Source: Trueperaceae bacterium
GTDB taxonomy: Bacteria; Deinococcota; Deinococci; Deinococcales; Trueperaceae
Direction: 5' to 3'
DNA length: 64,000 nucleotides
Assembly: GCA_035703635.1 (NCBI GenBank)
Contig: DASSXV010000010.1
Location: 1 to 64,000, forward strand
Positions 11,314 through 20,422 of the stretch are shown here, one piece after another. The position numbers and the translations under genes are program-made. Every line of letters begins with the position of its first letter. The first letter of the stretch is position 1. The notes beneath the pieces are model-generated. The model was not told the origin of the DNA. It ran no database searches and saw only the letters and a program-made list of their open reading frames with translations.

Positions 11314-12496
11314 GGTGATCAGCCACCACCTTCACGAGACGTGGGTCGTTCGCAGGCAGCACGTTGCGGGTGGTGAGCGCGCGAGCGTACGCGGCTACCC
11401 AGATGCCGCCGAGGCCTATGAGCGCTAGGAAGTCTAGGAGCGTGAACTGGAATCCCTGGCGCGAGAAGGCGGGCACCACGAACCAGAAGTAGTTGAGGAA
11501 CTGCACGACGAGCGCCCACACGGCCACGGCCGCCAGGGCACGGCGCGTGCGTTTCACCCAGCGCGAGAAGAGGATCATGAACGGCGCGAAGAAGCCGAAG
11601 AACAGGATGAAGGCGCTCAAGCCGATCCAAGTGGGGTCGAAGCGGATGACGTACCAGCTGGCCGTCTCGACGACGTTGTTCGACCACTGGATGATCAGCT
11701 GCGAGATCTGCGTGTAAGCCCAGAACATGGTCACGGCCATGAGCATGTTGCCGAGGTCCTGGAGGCGCTTCGGGGTGAGGAGCTTATCGACCGTCGGGTT
11801 CTTGGCGGCCAGGTTCACCATCACCAGGATGACGAGCGCGAGGCCCGTGATCACTTGCCCAGACATGATGATGCCTGGGTAGATGCCGGAGAACCACGTC
11901 GGCGTTAGCGACATTGCCCAGTCGAACGAGGCGAACGTCATCGTGAGGATGTAGATGACGACCCAGAGGCCGCCCAGGTTCTTCATGCGGTATCCGGTGC
12001 GGCCCGCATTGCCTGCCTGCTCGTCTTGTCGCTTGCTCAAGTTGCGGTAGAGCATGGACCCGAGCGTGAAGACGCCGAAGATGACAACGGCCCTGACGAT
12101 GAAGAACCACACGTTCAAGTACTGCGACTTCGCCGCCACCGTTGGTTCGGCGGCGACGTACGCGGCGTCCGTCCACGGGTAGAGGTCGCCCATGCCGAGT
12201 ATGACCGGCACGAACAGCAGCGCGAAGAGCGGCACGATGCTGGCTGCCGCCTCGAGCGGTCGGATGATCAGCGCGCCCCACGAACCGCCCGCCAGGTGCA
12301 CTATGAACAGGAGCATGAGCGAACCGAGCGAGAGGCCGATCCAGAAGAGGTAACTGACTAGGTACGACTGGAAGAAGCCGTCAGCGCGGCCTGTGAAGCC
12401 TAGGATGACGGCCGCGATTAGCGCGGCGGCGCCGATGACGAGGCCAGCGAGTTGCACCTTGGCCGTGTCGATGGGCGGCAGCTTGAGCGAGGTCAT
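11306..12496 (-). CDS. actF: Alternative complex III subunit F (polytopic membrane protein)
   Basis: About 10 TM segments, FDWAMSL..WFSGIY, DLGNML...WAY..ISQ.IIQW; operon position. Confidence 0.9.
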   Translation of the reverse strand: MTSLKLPPIDTAKVQLAGLVIGAAALIAAVILGFTGRADGFFQSYLVSYLFWIGLSLGSLMLLFIVHLAGGSWGALIIRPLEAAASIVPLFALLFVPVILGMGDLYPWTDAAYVAAEPTVAAKSQYLNVWFFIVRAVVIFGVFTLGSMLYRNLSKRQDEQAGNAGRTGYRMKNLGGLWVVIYILTMTFASFDWAMSLTPTWFSGIYPGIIMSGQVITGLALVILVMVNLAAKNPTVDKLLTPKRLQDLGNMLMAVTMFWAYTQISQLIIQWSNNVVETASWYVIRFDPTWIGLSAFILFFGFFAPFMILFSRWVKRTRRALAAVAVWALVVQFLNYFWFVVPAFSRQGFQFTLLDFLALIGLGGIWVAAYARALTTRNVLPANDPRLVKVVADHHA

Positions 12497-13092
12497 CGGT
12501 TGGCCTCCGTTGGGGCTTGGCTCAGTTCTGCGCCAGCGGGTACGTCGCTGATGGCGGCGTTCTGGCTGAGTTGGAGGGCCTTGATGTACGCCGCTATGGC
12601 CCAGCGGTCCTCGACGGGCACGCGCGAAGCGTAGCTGTACATGCGGCCGAAGCCGTTCGTTGCGGCGTTGAAGAAGTAGCCGACAGGCGAGTCGAGTAGG
12701 CGCTGCGTGGTCGTGAAGTCAGCTGGCTGTGGGAAGCCCTTGAGGACGGCGGCACCCATGCCGTCAGCGTTGTAGTTGTGGCACGGCGAGCAGAAGATGT
12801 CGAAGCGCTCTTGTCCGCGCTGCAGCAGGTCGGAGGTGAGCTCGAGGGGGAGGTCGGCGAGGAAGCCGTTCGGCCCGAGGCCAGTCAAGTAGGCGGGTTC
12901 GAGTGCGCCGAACTCCCTAGAGACCGTGCCGGTAGGCAGCGGCCGCATGGCGGAACCGTCCGCGAAGAACTGCGAGCCCTGGAACGCCTTGGCTTTCGGC
13001 TGGTCGTACATGTTGCGTCCGCAGGCGCTAAGTAGCAGCGAGCTCAAGACGGCGACGACGAGGAGGACGCGGGTGCGAACTCGGCGGGTCAC
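12493..13092 (-). CDS. actE: Alternative complex III subunit E, monoheme cytochrome c lipoprotein
   Basis: GTG 13092 overlapping actD stop; lipobox LLSAC, NMYDQPK, CSPCH, GFGRMYSY, DRWAIAAYIKALQ. Confidence 0.9.
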   Translation of the reverse strand: MTRRVRTRVLLVVAVLSSLLLSACGRNMYDQPKAKAFQGSQFFADGSAMRPLPTGTVSREFGALEPAYLTGLGPNGFLADLPLELTSDLLQRGQERFDIFCSPCHNYNADGMGAAVLKGFPQPADFTTTQRLLDSPVGYFFNAATNGFGRMYSYASRVPVEDRWAIAAYIKALQLSQNAAISDVPAGAELSQAPTEANR

Positions 13093-13652
13093 TTCTCCAC
13101 CTCTGAGATGACGAGCGGCGCGAGGCCCTCGAGGAAGGCGCGGGTGGCGCCAAGCTCGAACTTCGGGTCGCGCGCTTCTATGCAGAGGAAGAAACGGTCG
13201 CGCATGGCGTTCTCGAAGCCCGGCGTGTTGAAGATCGAGTGGTATGGCCGCGGCATCCCGTTGCGCACGATCATGAAGATGCCAGCGGTGAGGCCGGCGA
13301 AGAGGATGGTGCACTCGTACATGATGACGATCCAGTTCGGCCAGCTGTTGAGCGGCTTGCCGCCGATGTTGAGGGCGTAGTACGACGTGTTCGCCCACCA
13401 CTGCATGAAGAAGCCGAAGAGCCCGCCGAAGATCCCCATCGCGAGCACCGCCCAGCCGAGGCGCGTTGGCTTCATCCCGAGGTCGAGGTCGAGGCCGTCG
13501 ACGGGGAAGGGCGTGTACGCGTCGATCCGGGTATAGCCGGCGTTACGCACGCGCTCCGCTGCTGACTTGATGTCCTCGACGGTGTCGAACTGCGCTACCA
13601 AGCCGTAAAGACTTGGCGCTGCGGCGTTGCGGCCGAGTGTGACGCTGCTCAT
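13089..13652 (-). CDS. actD: Alternative complex III subunit D (DUF3341)
   Basis: DAYTPFPVDGL, NIGGKP, two TM helices, DRFFLCIE. Confidence 0.9.
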   Translation of the reverse strand: MSSVTLGRNAAAPSLYGLVAQFDTVEDIKSAAERVRNAGYTRIDAYTPFPVDGLDLDLGMKPTRLGWAVLAMGIFGGLFGFFMQWWANTSYYALNIGGKPLNSWPNWIVIMYECTILFAGLTAGIFMIVRNGMPRPYHSIFNTPGFENAMRDRFFLCIEARDPKFELGATRAFLEGLAPLVISEVEK

Positions 13653-15088
13653 GCCGGCTCCTCAGCGTTGAAGTACTCCATGCGCGCGCGCTCGAACGCG
13701 TCGCTGCCATGGTGTTGGTCGTGGAAGGCGGTCTCCTTCGTTTCGGCCGTAGCGATCGACGGCAGCAGGCGGATGAAGAGGAAGAACAGCGTGGAGAAGA
13801 GGCCAAGGCTGCCGATGAACAGCGACCAGTCCCACACGGTGGAGACGTAATCCGCCCAGGAGGACGGCAGGAAGTCCTTCGTGAGCGACACGACGAAGAT
13901 CACGAAGCGCTCGAGCCACATGCCGATGGAGACGATGATGGCGATGATGAAGAGCGCCCATGGGCTCTGCCTGATCTGCCTGAACCACAGTGGCTGGATG
14001 GCCACGAAGTTACAGAAGATCAACGCCCAGAAGAAGATGGCGTGGTCTCCGAACATGCGGTTCCAGATCATGTAGCGCTCGAACTCCACGCCCGAGTACC
14101 AGGCCGTGAAGATCTCGATGAAGTAGCCGTATACGACGATCATGCCCGTAGCGAGCATGAGCTTGGCGGCGTTGTCGAGGTGCCGCAGCGTGATGAGATG
14201 CTCGAACTTGAGCGCCTTGCGCAAGGGAACGGCCAAGATGAGCACCATGGCGAAGCCTGCGAAGACGGCGCCAGCCACGAAGTACGGCGGCATGATGGTG
14301 TTGTTCCAGCCGGGGAGTTGTGCGACGGCGAAGTCCATGGCGATCGTGCTGTGCACGCTGAGCACGAGCGGGAAGCTAAGCGCAGCAAGGAGCAGGTAAG
14401 CGCGCTGGTAGCGCTGCCACGCCTTGGTCGAGCCGTTCCACCCGAGGCTGAGGATGCCGTACGTGAACTGCTGGAACTTAGTCTTGGAGCGGTCGCGGAG
14501 CGTCGCGAGGTCCGGGATGAGGCCGATGAACCAGAAGACCACCGAGATCGTGAAGTACGTGCCGATGGCGAAGAGGTCCCAGTCGAGCGGGCTGCGGAAC
14601 TGCGGCCACAGGCCCATGGTGTTGGGGTAAGGCACGAGCCAGTAGAAGACCCATGGGCGGCCTAGGTGAAGGATGGGGTAGAGGCCCGCGCAAACGACCG
14701 CGAAGATGGTCATCGCCTCAGCGAAGCGGTTGACCGTCGTGCGCCACGGCTGCCTGAAGAGGAGCAGCGCGGCCGAGATGAGGGTTCCTGCGTGACCGAT
14801 GCCGATCCACCACACGAAGTTGATGATCGGCATGCCCCATGCGACCGGGATGTTGTTGCCGAAGATGCCGATGCCAGTGGTGATCAGCTTGACGACAGAC
14901 ACGAGGTAGACGACCAGGACCGCCGCCGAGATGGTGAAGCCTATCCACCACCAGGCGGGAGTCTTGTCGACGTTCGCTAGGACGGGCGTCAGGATGGCGT
15001 CGTCGATGCCACCGTACGTCTCTCCCGGCCTGATGACGCGGTTCGTCTCGCGGAACGGCGCCTTAGGTTTGCGGGCCGTTACTGCCAT
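13649..15088 (-). CDS. actC: Alternative complex III subunit C (NrfD/PsrC-type quinol-binding subunit)
   Basis: [56 protein letters not shown] coupling to actB. Confidence 0.95.
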   Translation of the reverse strand: MAVTARKPKAPFRETNRVIRPGETYGGIDDAILTPVLANVDKTPAWWWIGFTISAAVLVVYLVSVVKLITTGIGIFGNNIPVAWGMPIINFVWWIGIGHAGTLISAALLLFRQPWRTTVNRFAEAMTIFAVVCAGLYPILHLGRPWVFYWLVPYPNTMGLWPQFRSPLDWDLFAIGTYFTISVVFWFIGLIPDLATLRDRSKTKFQQFTYGILSLGWNGSTKAWQRYQRAYLLLAALSFPLVLSVHSTIAMDFAVAQLPGWNNTIMPPYFVAGAVFAGFAMVLILAVPLRKALKFEHLITLRHLDNAAKLMLATGMIVVYGYFIEIFTAWYSGVEFERYMIWNRMFGDHAIFFWALIFCNFVAIQPLWFRQIRQSPWALFIIAIIVSIGMWLERFVIFVVSLTKDFLPSSWADYVSTVWDWSLFIGSLGLFSTLFFLFIRLLPSIATAETKETAFHDQHHGSDAFERARMEYFNAEEPA

Positions 15089-18072
15089 CAACCTCTCCCT
15101 TCGGAGTTGAGCAACGCCGGGTTGGGGTTCTTGACCTTGGCGAGGTAGGTGGTGCGCGGGAAGGTCTGCAGCTCTTCTAGCATCCAGTAGTTGAGCGGCG
15201 AGGCCTTGACGCCCGCGACGCGCGAACCGGTGTCGTTGAGGTCACCGAAGACGATGGCTTGGGTCGGGCAGGCGGCCTGGCAAGCCGTGACGACCTCGCC
15301 GTCGCGGATCTTGCGGTCCTCGTTGGAGGCGTCGATGCGGGCGGTCGCGATGCGCTGGGTGCAGTACGTGCACTTCTCCATCACGCCGCGCGAGCGAACG
15401 CTGACGTCCGGGTTGTTGGCGAGCGACATCTCGGTGGCGTCGGTTGCCAACTCCGCGTACTGCAGCCAGTTGAAGCGCCGCACCTTGTAAGGGCAGTTGT
15501 TCGAGCAGTAGCGCGTGCCTACGCAACGGTTGTAGACCATGACGTTGAGGCCCTCGGAGTCGTGCACCGTCGCGCCTACCGGGCAGACGGGCTCGCACGG
15601 CGCCTTCTCGCACTGCTGGCACGGCATTGGCTGGTGGAAGAACTCGGGAGCGTCGATGCTTCCTGAGTAGTAGTTGTCCACGCGGATCCAGTGCATCTCG
15701 CGGCCCTTGGAGACCTGCGCCTTGCCGACGATGGGGATGTTGTTCTCCGACTGGCAGGCGACAACGCAGGCGTTGCAGCCCGTGCAGACGGTCTGGTCGA
15801 TGACCATCCCCCACTTGTAGCCCTTGTACTCGTAGTTCGGGTAGAGGTCCGCCTCGTGGTGCGCGACTGGGTGAACGAAGTGCGGGTGCTCTGGCGCTTC
15901 CTTGAACTCGGCGAGCGTGCCGGAGCGCACGATGTAACGGCGCTCGCCCGTGCCTTCCAGGCTGTGGTGCATCTGGGTGCTCGCGAGTTCGTACTGGGCG
16001 CCCGTCTTGGTGACCGTCGCGGCGGCGGCTCCGCTGACCGTGTGGTCGAGGAGGAGGTAGCCGTTGACACCTACGCCCGAACCGACCTTACCCGCGTGCG
16101 TGCGGCCGTAACCGAGCGCCAAGGTGACAGCGCCCGGGGCGTGACCAGGCTGTACCCAGACGGGCGCCTCGAGGTCGCGGCCGTTGCTCGAGAGCTTGAC
16201 CATATCGCCAGTCTTGAGCTTCAACTCCTCTGCGGTGGCTGGCCCGACCAACGCGGCGTTGTCCCACGTCAGGTTCGAGAAGGCCTTCGGCAGTTCCTGC
16301 AGCCAGCCGTTGTTCGCGAAGCGGCCGTCGAGCAGCGAAGCGTCTAGCACGAGCTTCAGCTCGATGGGCGCGGCGGTCGGGAGGGCGGCCGTTACAGCGC
16401 CCGCCGTTACGTTGGCTGCGGCCGCGCGACTACCTGCGACCGTGCCGCGGTAAACGCTTTCGCGCCAGAAGTCGTCGAACGAGCCAGTGACGTTGGCCTT
16501 CCAGTAGTTGCGCACGATGTCGTAACCCGCGGCCGTAGCGTTGCCGTTCAGGGCGGCCATGACCTCGTGCGCGCTCTTACCGTTGTAGAAGGGGAGGATC
16601 AGCGGCTGCTGAATGGTGACGGTACCGTCGAACGCCCTGGCATCGCTCCACGTTTCAAGGAAGTGAGCTTGAGGGATGGTCCAGTCGACTGCGGCGGCCG
16701 TCTCGTCAGGGTAGAGGCCGAGGCGCGCCGTGAATGGAACCTTCGCGAGGGCGGAGGCGAAGTCGAGGCTGGCTGGCGCCGTGTAGACGGGGTTGGCGTC
16801 GAACACGACGAGCGCCTTGACGGTGCCGTCGTTCATGCCTGCAACTAGCGCGGTGAGCTCGTCGCGGTGCACGGCGGGGCGAGCGGCGGCAGGCTGGAGG
16901 TAGTTGACCGTCTTGCCTACGTTGCCTAGCGCCTGGTTCATGGCGTGCGCCAGCGCGTGAACGACTGGCGGCTGGTCTTCGCCAGCGATCACGACGCTCG
17001 TGCCCTGGTTGGCCTTCAGGTCTGCTACCAAGGCGTCGAAGAGCTCATTGCTTACAGCCGCCGGGCGGGTGGCGTTCGGCGCCTGTACCCCAAGGGCGGC
17101 AGCCAACGCCGCCGCCAGCGCGGCCACGTCGCTCGGCTTGAGAGCGACGCGGTGGTCAGCTAGCGAAGCCGAGTTGGACGGACTCGTCTCGAACTGGTAG
17201 AGGCGGTTCATGGTGTCCGTCGAGCGGCGGATGCGCCTAGCGTCGGCGAACGCGCGTGCGTCGGCCAACCTGGCCGGACCGGAGTTCATGAAGTCGGCAT
17301 CTAGAGCGACCACTACGGCGGCCTTGCTCAGGTCATGCACTGCGGTCGCGTCGGTCCCGAAGGCGAGACGGGCGCCCGCCACCGCGTTGTCTGGGTGGAG
17401 CGGGTCGTACTGGTACCAGCGCGCGGCCGGGTACTTGCCGAGGAACTCCTCGATCTGAGAGGCGAGCGTTGGCGACGTGACGTTCTCCGTGAGGAGCGCG
17501 AAACCCTCGCCGTTGGGCAGGGCGGCCAATGCGCCCGCCAGGGCGGCTGACGCGTCTTCCCAGGTGCTGGCCGTGCCGCCGTTGGCGTAGGCCTGCGAGC
17601 GGTCCGGGTCGTAGAGGGAGAGGACCTGCGCCTGCGTGACGGCGGCGGTGGCGCCGAGGCTGGCGGGGTGGTCGGGGTTGCCCTCCAGCTTGGTCGGGCG
17701 GCCCTGGTGGCTCTCAGCGAGCACGCCCTCCGCATAACCGCCGTAAGTGACGGCCGTTGCGAAGAAGAGAGGCTTGCCTGGCGTGATCTGGTCAGGTTGC
17801 TTGACGTACGGGACGATCTTCTCGTGCGCTAGCGGCGGGCGGGCGCAGGCGCTAAGACCGGCGAGCGCCATGCTGGCGCCGAGCAGCTTGAGGAAGTCAC
17901 GCCGCTCGAGGCCGGCCTCCATCGGGGCGGCCTGGCGGGGGAACTCTCGCTGCAAGAAGACCTGGAACTCCTCGGTGTCGGCGAGCTGATCGAGGCTGCG
18001 CCAGTAGTCCGGGCCTTCCTGGTTAGCTAGGCGCGCGCGGATCTGGGTGAGGTCTAGCTGGGAGTCACTCAT
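15088..18072 (-). CDS. actB: Alternative complex III subunit B (Tat-exported molybdopterin-oxidoreductase-like plus Fe-S domains)
   Basis: YWRSL...RRDFLKLLGASMALAGLSAC (Tat signal plus lipobox), GRPTKLEGNPDHP, CTGCNACVVAC, CQQCEKAPCEPVCP, CVGTRYCSNNCP, EKCTYC; ATGA overlap with actA. Confidence 0.95.
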   Translation of the reverse strand: MSDSQLDLTQIRARLANQEGPDYWRSLDQLADTEEFQVFLQREFPRQAAPMEAGLERRDFLKLLGASMALAGLSACARPPLAHEKIVPYVKQPDQITPGKPLFFATAVTYGGYAEGVLAESHQGRPTKLEGNPDHPASLGATAAVTQAQVLSLYDPDRSQAYANGGTASTWEDASAALAGALAALPNGEGFALLTENVTSPTLASQIEEFLGKYPAARWYQYDPLHPDNAVAGARLAFGTDATAVHDLSKAAVVVALDADFMNSGPARLADARAFADARRIRRSTDTMNRLYQFETSPSNSASLADHRVALKPSDVAALAAALAAALGVQAPNATRPAAVSNELFDALVADLKANQGTSVVIAGEDQPPVVHALAHAMNQALGNVGKTVNYLQPAAARPAVHRDELTALVAGMNDGTVKALVVFDANPVYTAPASLDFASALAKVPFTARLGLYPDETAAAVDWTIPQAHFLETWSDARAFDGTVTIQQPLILPFYNGKSAHEVMAALNGNATAAGYDIVRNYWKANVTGSFDDFWRESVYRGTVAGSRAAAANVTAGAVTAALPTAAPIELKLVLDASLLDGRFANNGWLQELPKAFSNLTWDNAALVGPATAEELKLKTGDMVKLSSNGRDLEAPVWVQPGHAPGAVTLALGYGRTHAGKVGSGVGVNGYLLLDHTVSGAAAATVTKTGAQYELASTQMHHSLEGTGERRYIVRSGTLAEFKEAPEHPHFVHPVAHHEADLYPNYEYKGYKWGMVIDQTVCTGCNACVVACQSENNIPIVGKAQVSKGREMHWIRVDNYYSGSIDAPEFFHQPMPCQQCEKAPCEPVCPVGATVHDSEGLNVMVYNRCVGTRYCSNNCPYKVRRFNWLQYAELATDATEMSLANNPDVSVRSRGVMEKCTYCTQRIATARIDASNEDRKIRDGEVVTACQAACPTQAIVFGDLNDTGSRVAGVKASPLNYWMLEELQTFPRTTYLAKVKNPNPALLNSEGRG

Positions 18073-18731
18073 CGGTGGCAGGTCGAGCATTGAATGAGTT
18101 TGTCAGTGTCGATGTGGTACGTCTCCACGAGGGTGGCACCCAAGGCAAGTTGCGCTTTCGGTTCGGCCAACGGCTGGTAGTCCATGTTGAAGACCTCACT
18201 TACGGGCCGCAGTGCCGTTTCGGGGTTGCGGTGGCACTCGAGGCACCACCCCATGGTCATGGGCTCGTTCTTCCAGATCTGGGCCATCTCGTCGACGCGC
18301 CCGTGACAACTGCTGCAGCCCACGCCGTTGTTCACGTGGACACTATGGTTGAAGTACACGAAATCAGGGAGTTCGTGAACGCGGTTCCAGCTGATCGGCG
18401 TTCCGTTGTTCCAAGAGTCGACGACCGCCTGCGTCTGCGGCGTGCCTACGCGCAACTGCGAGTGGCAGCCCATGCACGTTTCAGTTGGCGGCACCGACGC
18501 CGTCGACGAGGTCTCTACCGTCGTGTGGCAGTAGCGGCAATCTAGACCGACCTGCACTACGTGTAAGTTATGCGGATAGTCGATCGGTTGCGCTACGGGG
18601 ACGCCGACGTTGTTGTTAGTAGTGCGCGCGTAGAAGGGCAATGCGATCATCATGAGCACGGCGAAAACGCCCCCGCCCCACACGGCCCACGTAACGAACG
18701 CGTTCGAGTTCGGAGGGAAGTACTGCGGCAT
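18069..18731 (-). CDS. actA: Alternative complex III subunit A, pentaheme cytochrome c
   Basis: N-terminal TM helix plus five CxxCH (CRYCH, CMGCH, CSSCH, CLECH, CSTCH), LPDFVYFNHSVH; SD GAGGTG. Confidence 0.95.
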   Translation of the reverse strand: MPQYFPPNSNAFVTWAVWGGGVFAVLMMIALPFYARTTNNNVGVPVAQPIDYPHNLHVVQVGLDCRYCHTTVETSSTASVPPTETCMGCHSQLRVGTPQTQAVVDSWNNGTPISWNRVHELPDFVYFNHSVHVNNGVGCSSCHGRVDEMAQIWKNEPMTMGWCLECHRNPETALRPVSEVFNMDYQPLAEPKAQLALGATLVETYHIDTDKLIQCSTCHR

Positions 18732-18928
18732 CAGTCAGACACCTCTAGGCTCTCCCCTAAGCGGTGCAAGGAAGAAAATACGGGGGACGGCAACGCCACA
18801 CGGTTCGGCGTTGGCCGACTAGATTCGAAGCTCATGATGCTCGGATCGACCTCCTCACATAGAGCGGGGCCGTTCAGGCCCGCGCAGACACATTCGGCGC
18901 GGCTATGCGCCGCATTAGAACTTGGGAC

Positions 18929-18976
18929 AATCTAGCACAAACTACTTTCGGCCCCTTTCGGGACTTTCGTCCCGCT
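18929..18976 (-). promoter_or_regulatory. Putative act operon promoter: extended -10 plus palindromic regulator box
   Basis: Minus-strand TGcTAGATT (18937-18929); palindrome CGGGAC-TTTC-GTCCCG (18959-18974). Confidence 0.5.
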
Positions 18977-19104
18977 GCGCCAGCGCGAAAACGCGCCCCT
19001 CACGCGGTTGGCGTCAAGCGCGGCGGCGATCGCCCGATGCTATGACCTCGGACATGCTGCTTCAGGGTAAAAGACCACGGCGGTGGTCGATCAGGTGGTG
19101 TATG

Positions 19105-19135
19105 CGAACTCCCACCCGCGAAGGGTGGGAGTTCG
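19105..19135 (-). terminator. Hairpin downstream of tRNA-Ala
   Basis: 13-bp stem CGAACTCCCACCC / GGGTGGGAGTTCG, 5-nt loop, 20 nt after the tRNA CCA. Confidence 0.75.
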
Positions 19136-19155
19136 GTGCGGCGCTTGCGCTATCT

Positions 19156-19231
19156 TGGTGGAGCCTGCCGGACTCGAACCGGCGACATCTCGCTTGCAAA
19201 GCGAACGCTCTCCCAGCTGAGCTAAGGCCCC
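19156..19231 (-). tRNA. tRNA-Ala (UGC)
   Basis: Reverse complement GGGGCCTTAGCTCAGCTGGGAGAGCGTTCGCTTTGCAAGCGAGATGTCGCCGGTTCGAGTCCGGCAGGCTCCACCA: 76 nt, G3:U70, anticodon TGC, encoded CCA. Confidence 0.97.
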
Positions 19232-19270
19232 TCGGTACGCGCCGCTGGGCGCTTAGAGAGTATGTCGAGG

Positions 19271-20422
19271 TTAGGGTGCCGTGTCAAGGCGTGACTCCGC
19301 GTCAGCGGGTTTAGCGAAGAGCATCCGGCCCATGTTCGTCTGCAGGCTCGAAGTGACGATGACGTCTATGGTGTTGCCGACTAGCTCCCCAGCCTCCTCG
19401 ACGACTACCATCGTGCCGTCTTCGAGGTAGGCGAGGCCCTGGCCAGATTCGCGGCCCTGACGCACTATGCTCAGTGCGAGTCGCTCGCCAGGCAGGAAGG
19501 CGACGCGCACGGCGCTCGCCAACTGGTGGAGGTTGAGGACGCGCACGCCCTGCAGCGCCGCCACGCGGCTGAGGTTGTAGTCGGTCGTTATGAGGTCGGC
19601 GCCGCGCTGCAGGCACAGGCGCACGAGCTTGTCGTCAACCGGCCCCTTGCCGACGTCGTCGTGCGCCACCTCGGTAACCAAGCCAGCGGTGGTGGCCAAC
19701 AGGTCGAGGGTCTCGAGGCCGCGGCGTCCGCGCTGGCGCTTGAGCTGGTCGTCAGAGTCCGCGATGCGCTGCAGCTCGGTCAGCACGAAGTGCGGCAGCA
19801 CGAGCTTGCCTTCGAGGAAGTTGGCGTCGATGACCGATAGTAGTCGCCCGTCGATGATGGCGGAGCTGTCGACGACCTTGTCGTGCGTGTCCTTGGGGTT
19901 CCCAACGGCGCGGCGGCCCTCGGCTGAGGGCAACGGTAGGAGCCTGCGGTTGGCGACGAAGAAGCCACCTAGCCCTACGGCGAGGATGACCGCGACCAAT
20001 AGCGACCAGTACCAGGTGAACCCGGGCACACTGGCCAGGATGTTGTTTATGAGCACGGTGACGAGCAACCCGAGGGTGGCGCCGGCGAACGCAGCTAGCA
20101 CGGTGTCGGGTCGTACGCCGGCCACGCGCGCCACTAGTTTCTCCCAGACGTGACCGAAGCGCTGGGCGAGCTGCCCGCTGAAGAGGTAAGCGGTAAGCAG
20201 TCCGACGATGGTGATGAACAGCAAGTTGTTCGGGCCGGACAGCGCTCCGCGGCCCACGAGGAGCGAGCCGACGAGGTAGCCGACGAGCCCGCCGAAGATG
20301 GTCAAGACTCCCCGAGCCAACGAGGCCCCGACGTCGACGCTCGAGGCGCCAGTCGGCGCGGCGTGCTTATGTGGCCCGCTCTCGCTAGCTGGGCCGCGGT
20401 CGTCACGTTCGAGTGCGCTCAT
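19271..20422 (-). CDS. Membrane protein with PIN and TRAM domains (YacL-like)
   Basis: Four TM helices, VVDSSAIIDGR, RGRRGL, ITTDYNL, YLEDGTMVVVE, LQT..GRMLFA; follows radA. Confidence 0.92.
   Translation of the reverse strand: MSALERDDRGPASESGPHKHAAPTGASSVDVGASLARGVLTIFGGLVGYLVGSLLVGRGALSGPNNLLFITIVGLLTAYLFSGQLAQRFGHVWEKLVARVAGVRPDTVLAAFAGATLGLLVTVLINNILASVPGFTWYWSLLVAVILAVGLGGFFVANRRLLPLPSAEGRRAVGNPKDTHDKVVDSSAIIDGRLLSVIDANFLEGKLVLPHFVLTELQRIADSDDQLKRQRGRRGLETLDLLATTAGLVTEVAHDDVGKGPVDDKLVRLCLQRGADLITTDYNLSRVAALQGVRVLNLHQLASAVRVAFLPGERLALSIVRQGRESGQGLAYLEDGTMVVVEEAGELVGNTIDVIVTSSLQTNMGRMLFAKPADAESRLDTAP

Noticed and set aside
15088-18072. ActB as a catalytic molybdoenzyme
   Set aside because: In ACIII the molybdopterin-oxidoreductase-like domain is known to be cofactor-less, and the operon context is unambiguous
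18731-18835. 34-aa ORF (MSFESSRPTPNRV...EVSD*) ending in a TGATG overlap with actA, downstream of GAGGAGG
   Set aside because: SD spacing of about 14 nt is too long, codons are atypical (TTT, TCT, TTA, GTA), and actA has its own SD; more likely a structured 5' UTR (CAACGCC/GGCGTTG stem)
19105-19231. tRNA-Ala as the integration site of an act-operon island
   Set aside because: No integrase, no duplicated tRNA 3' end seen, and act codon usage looks native
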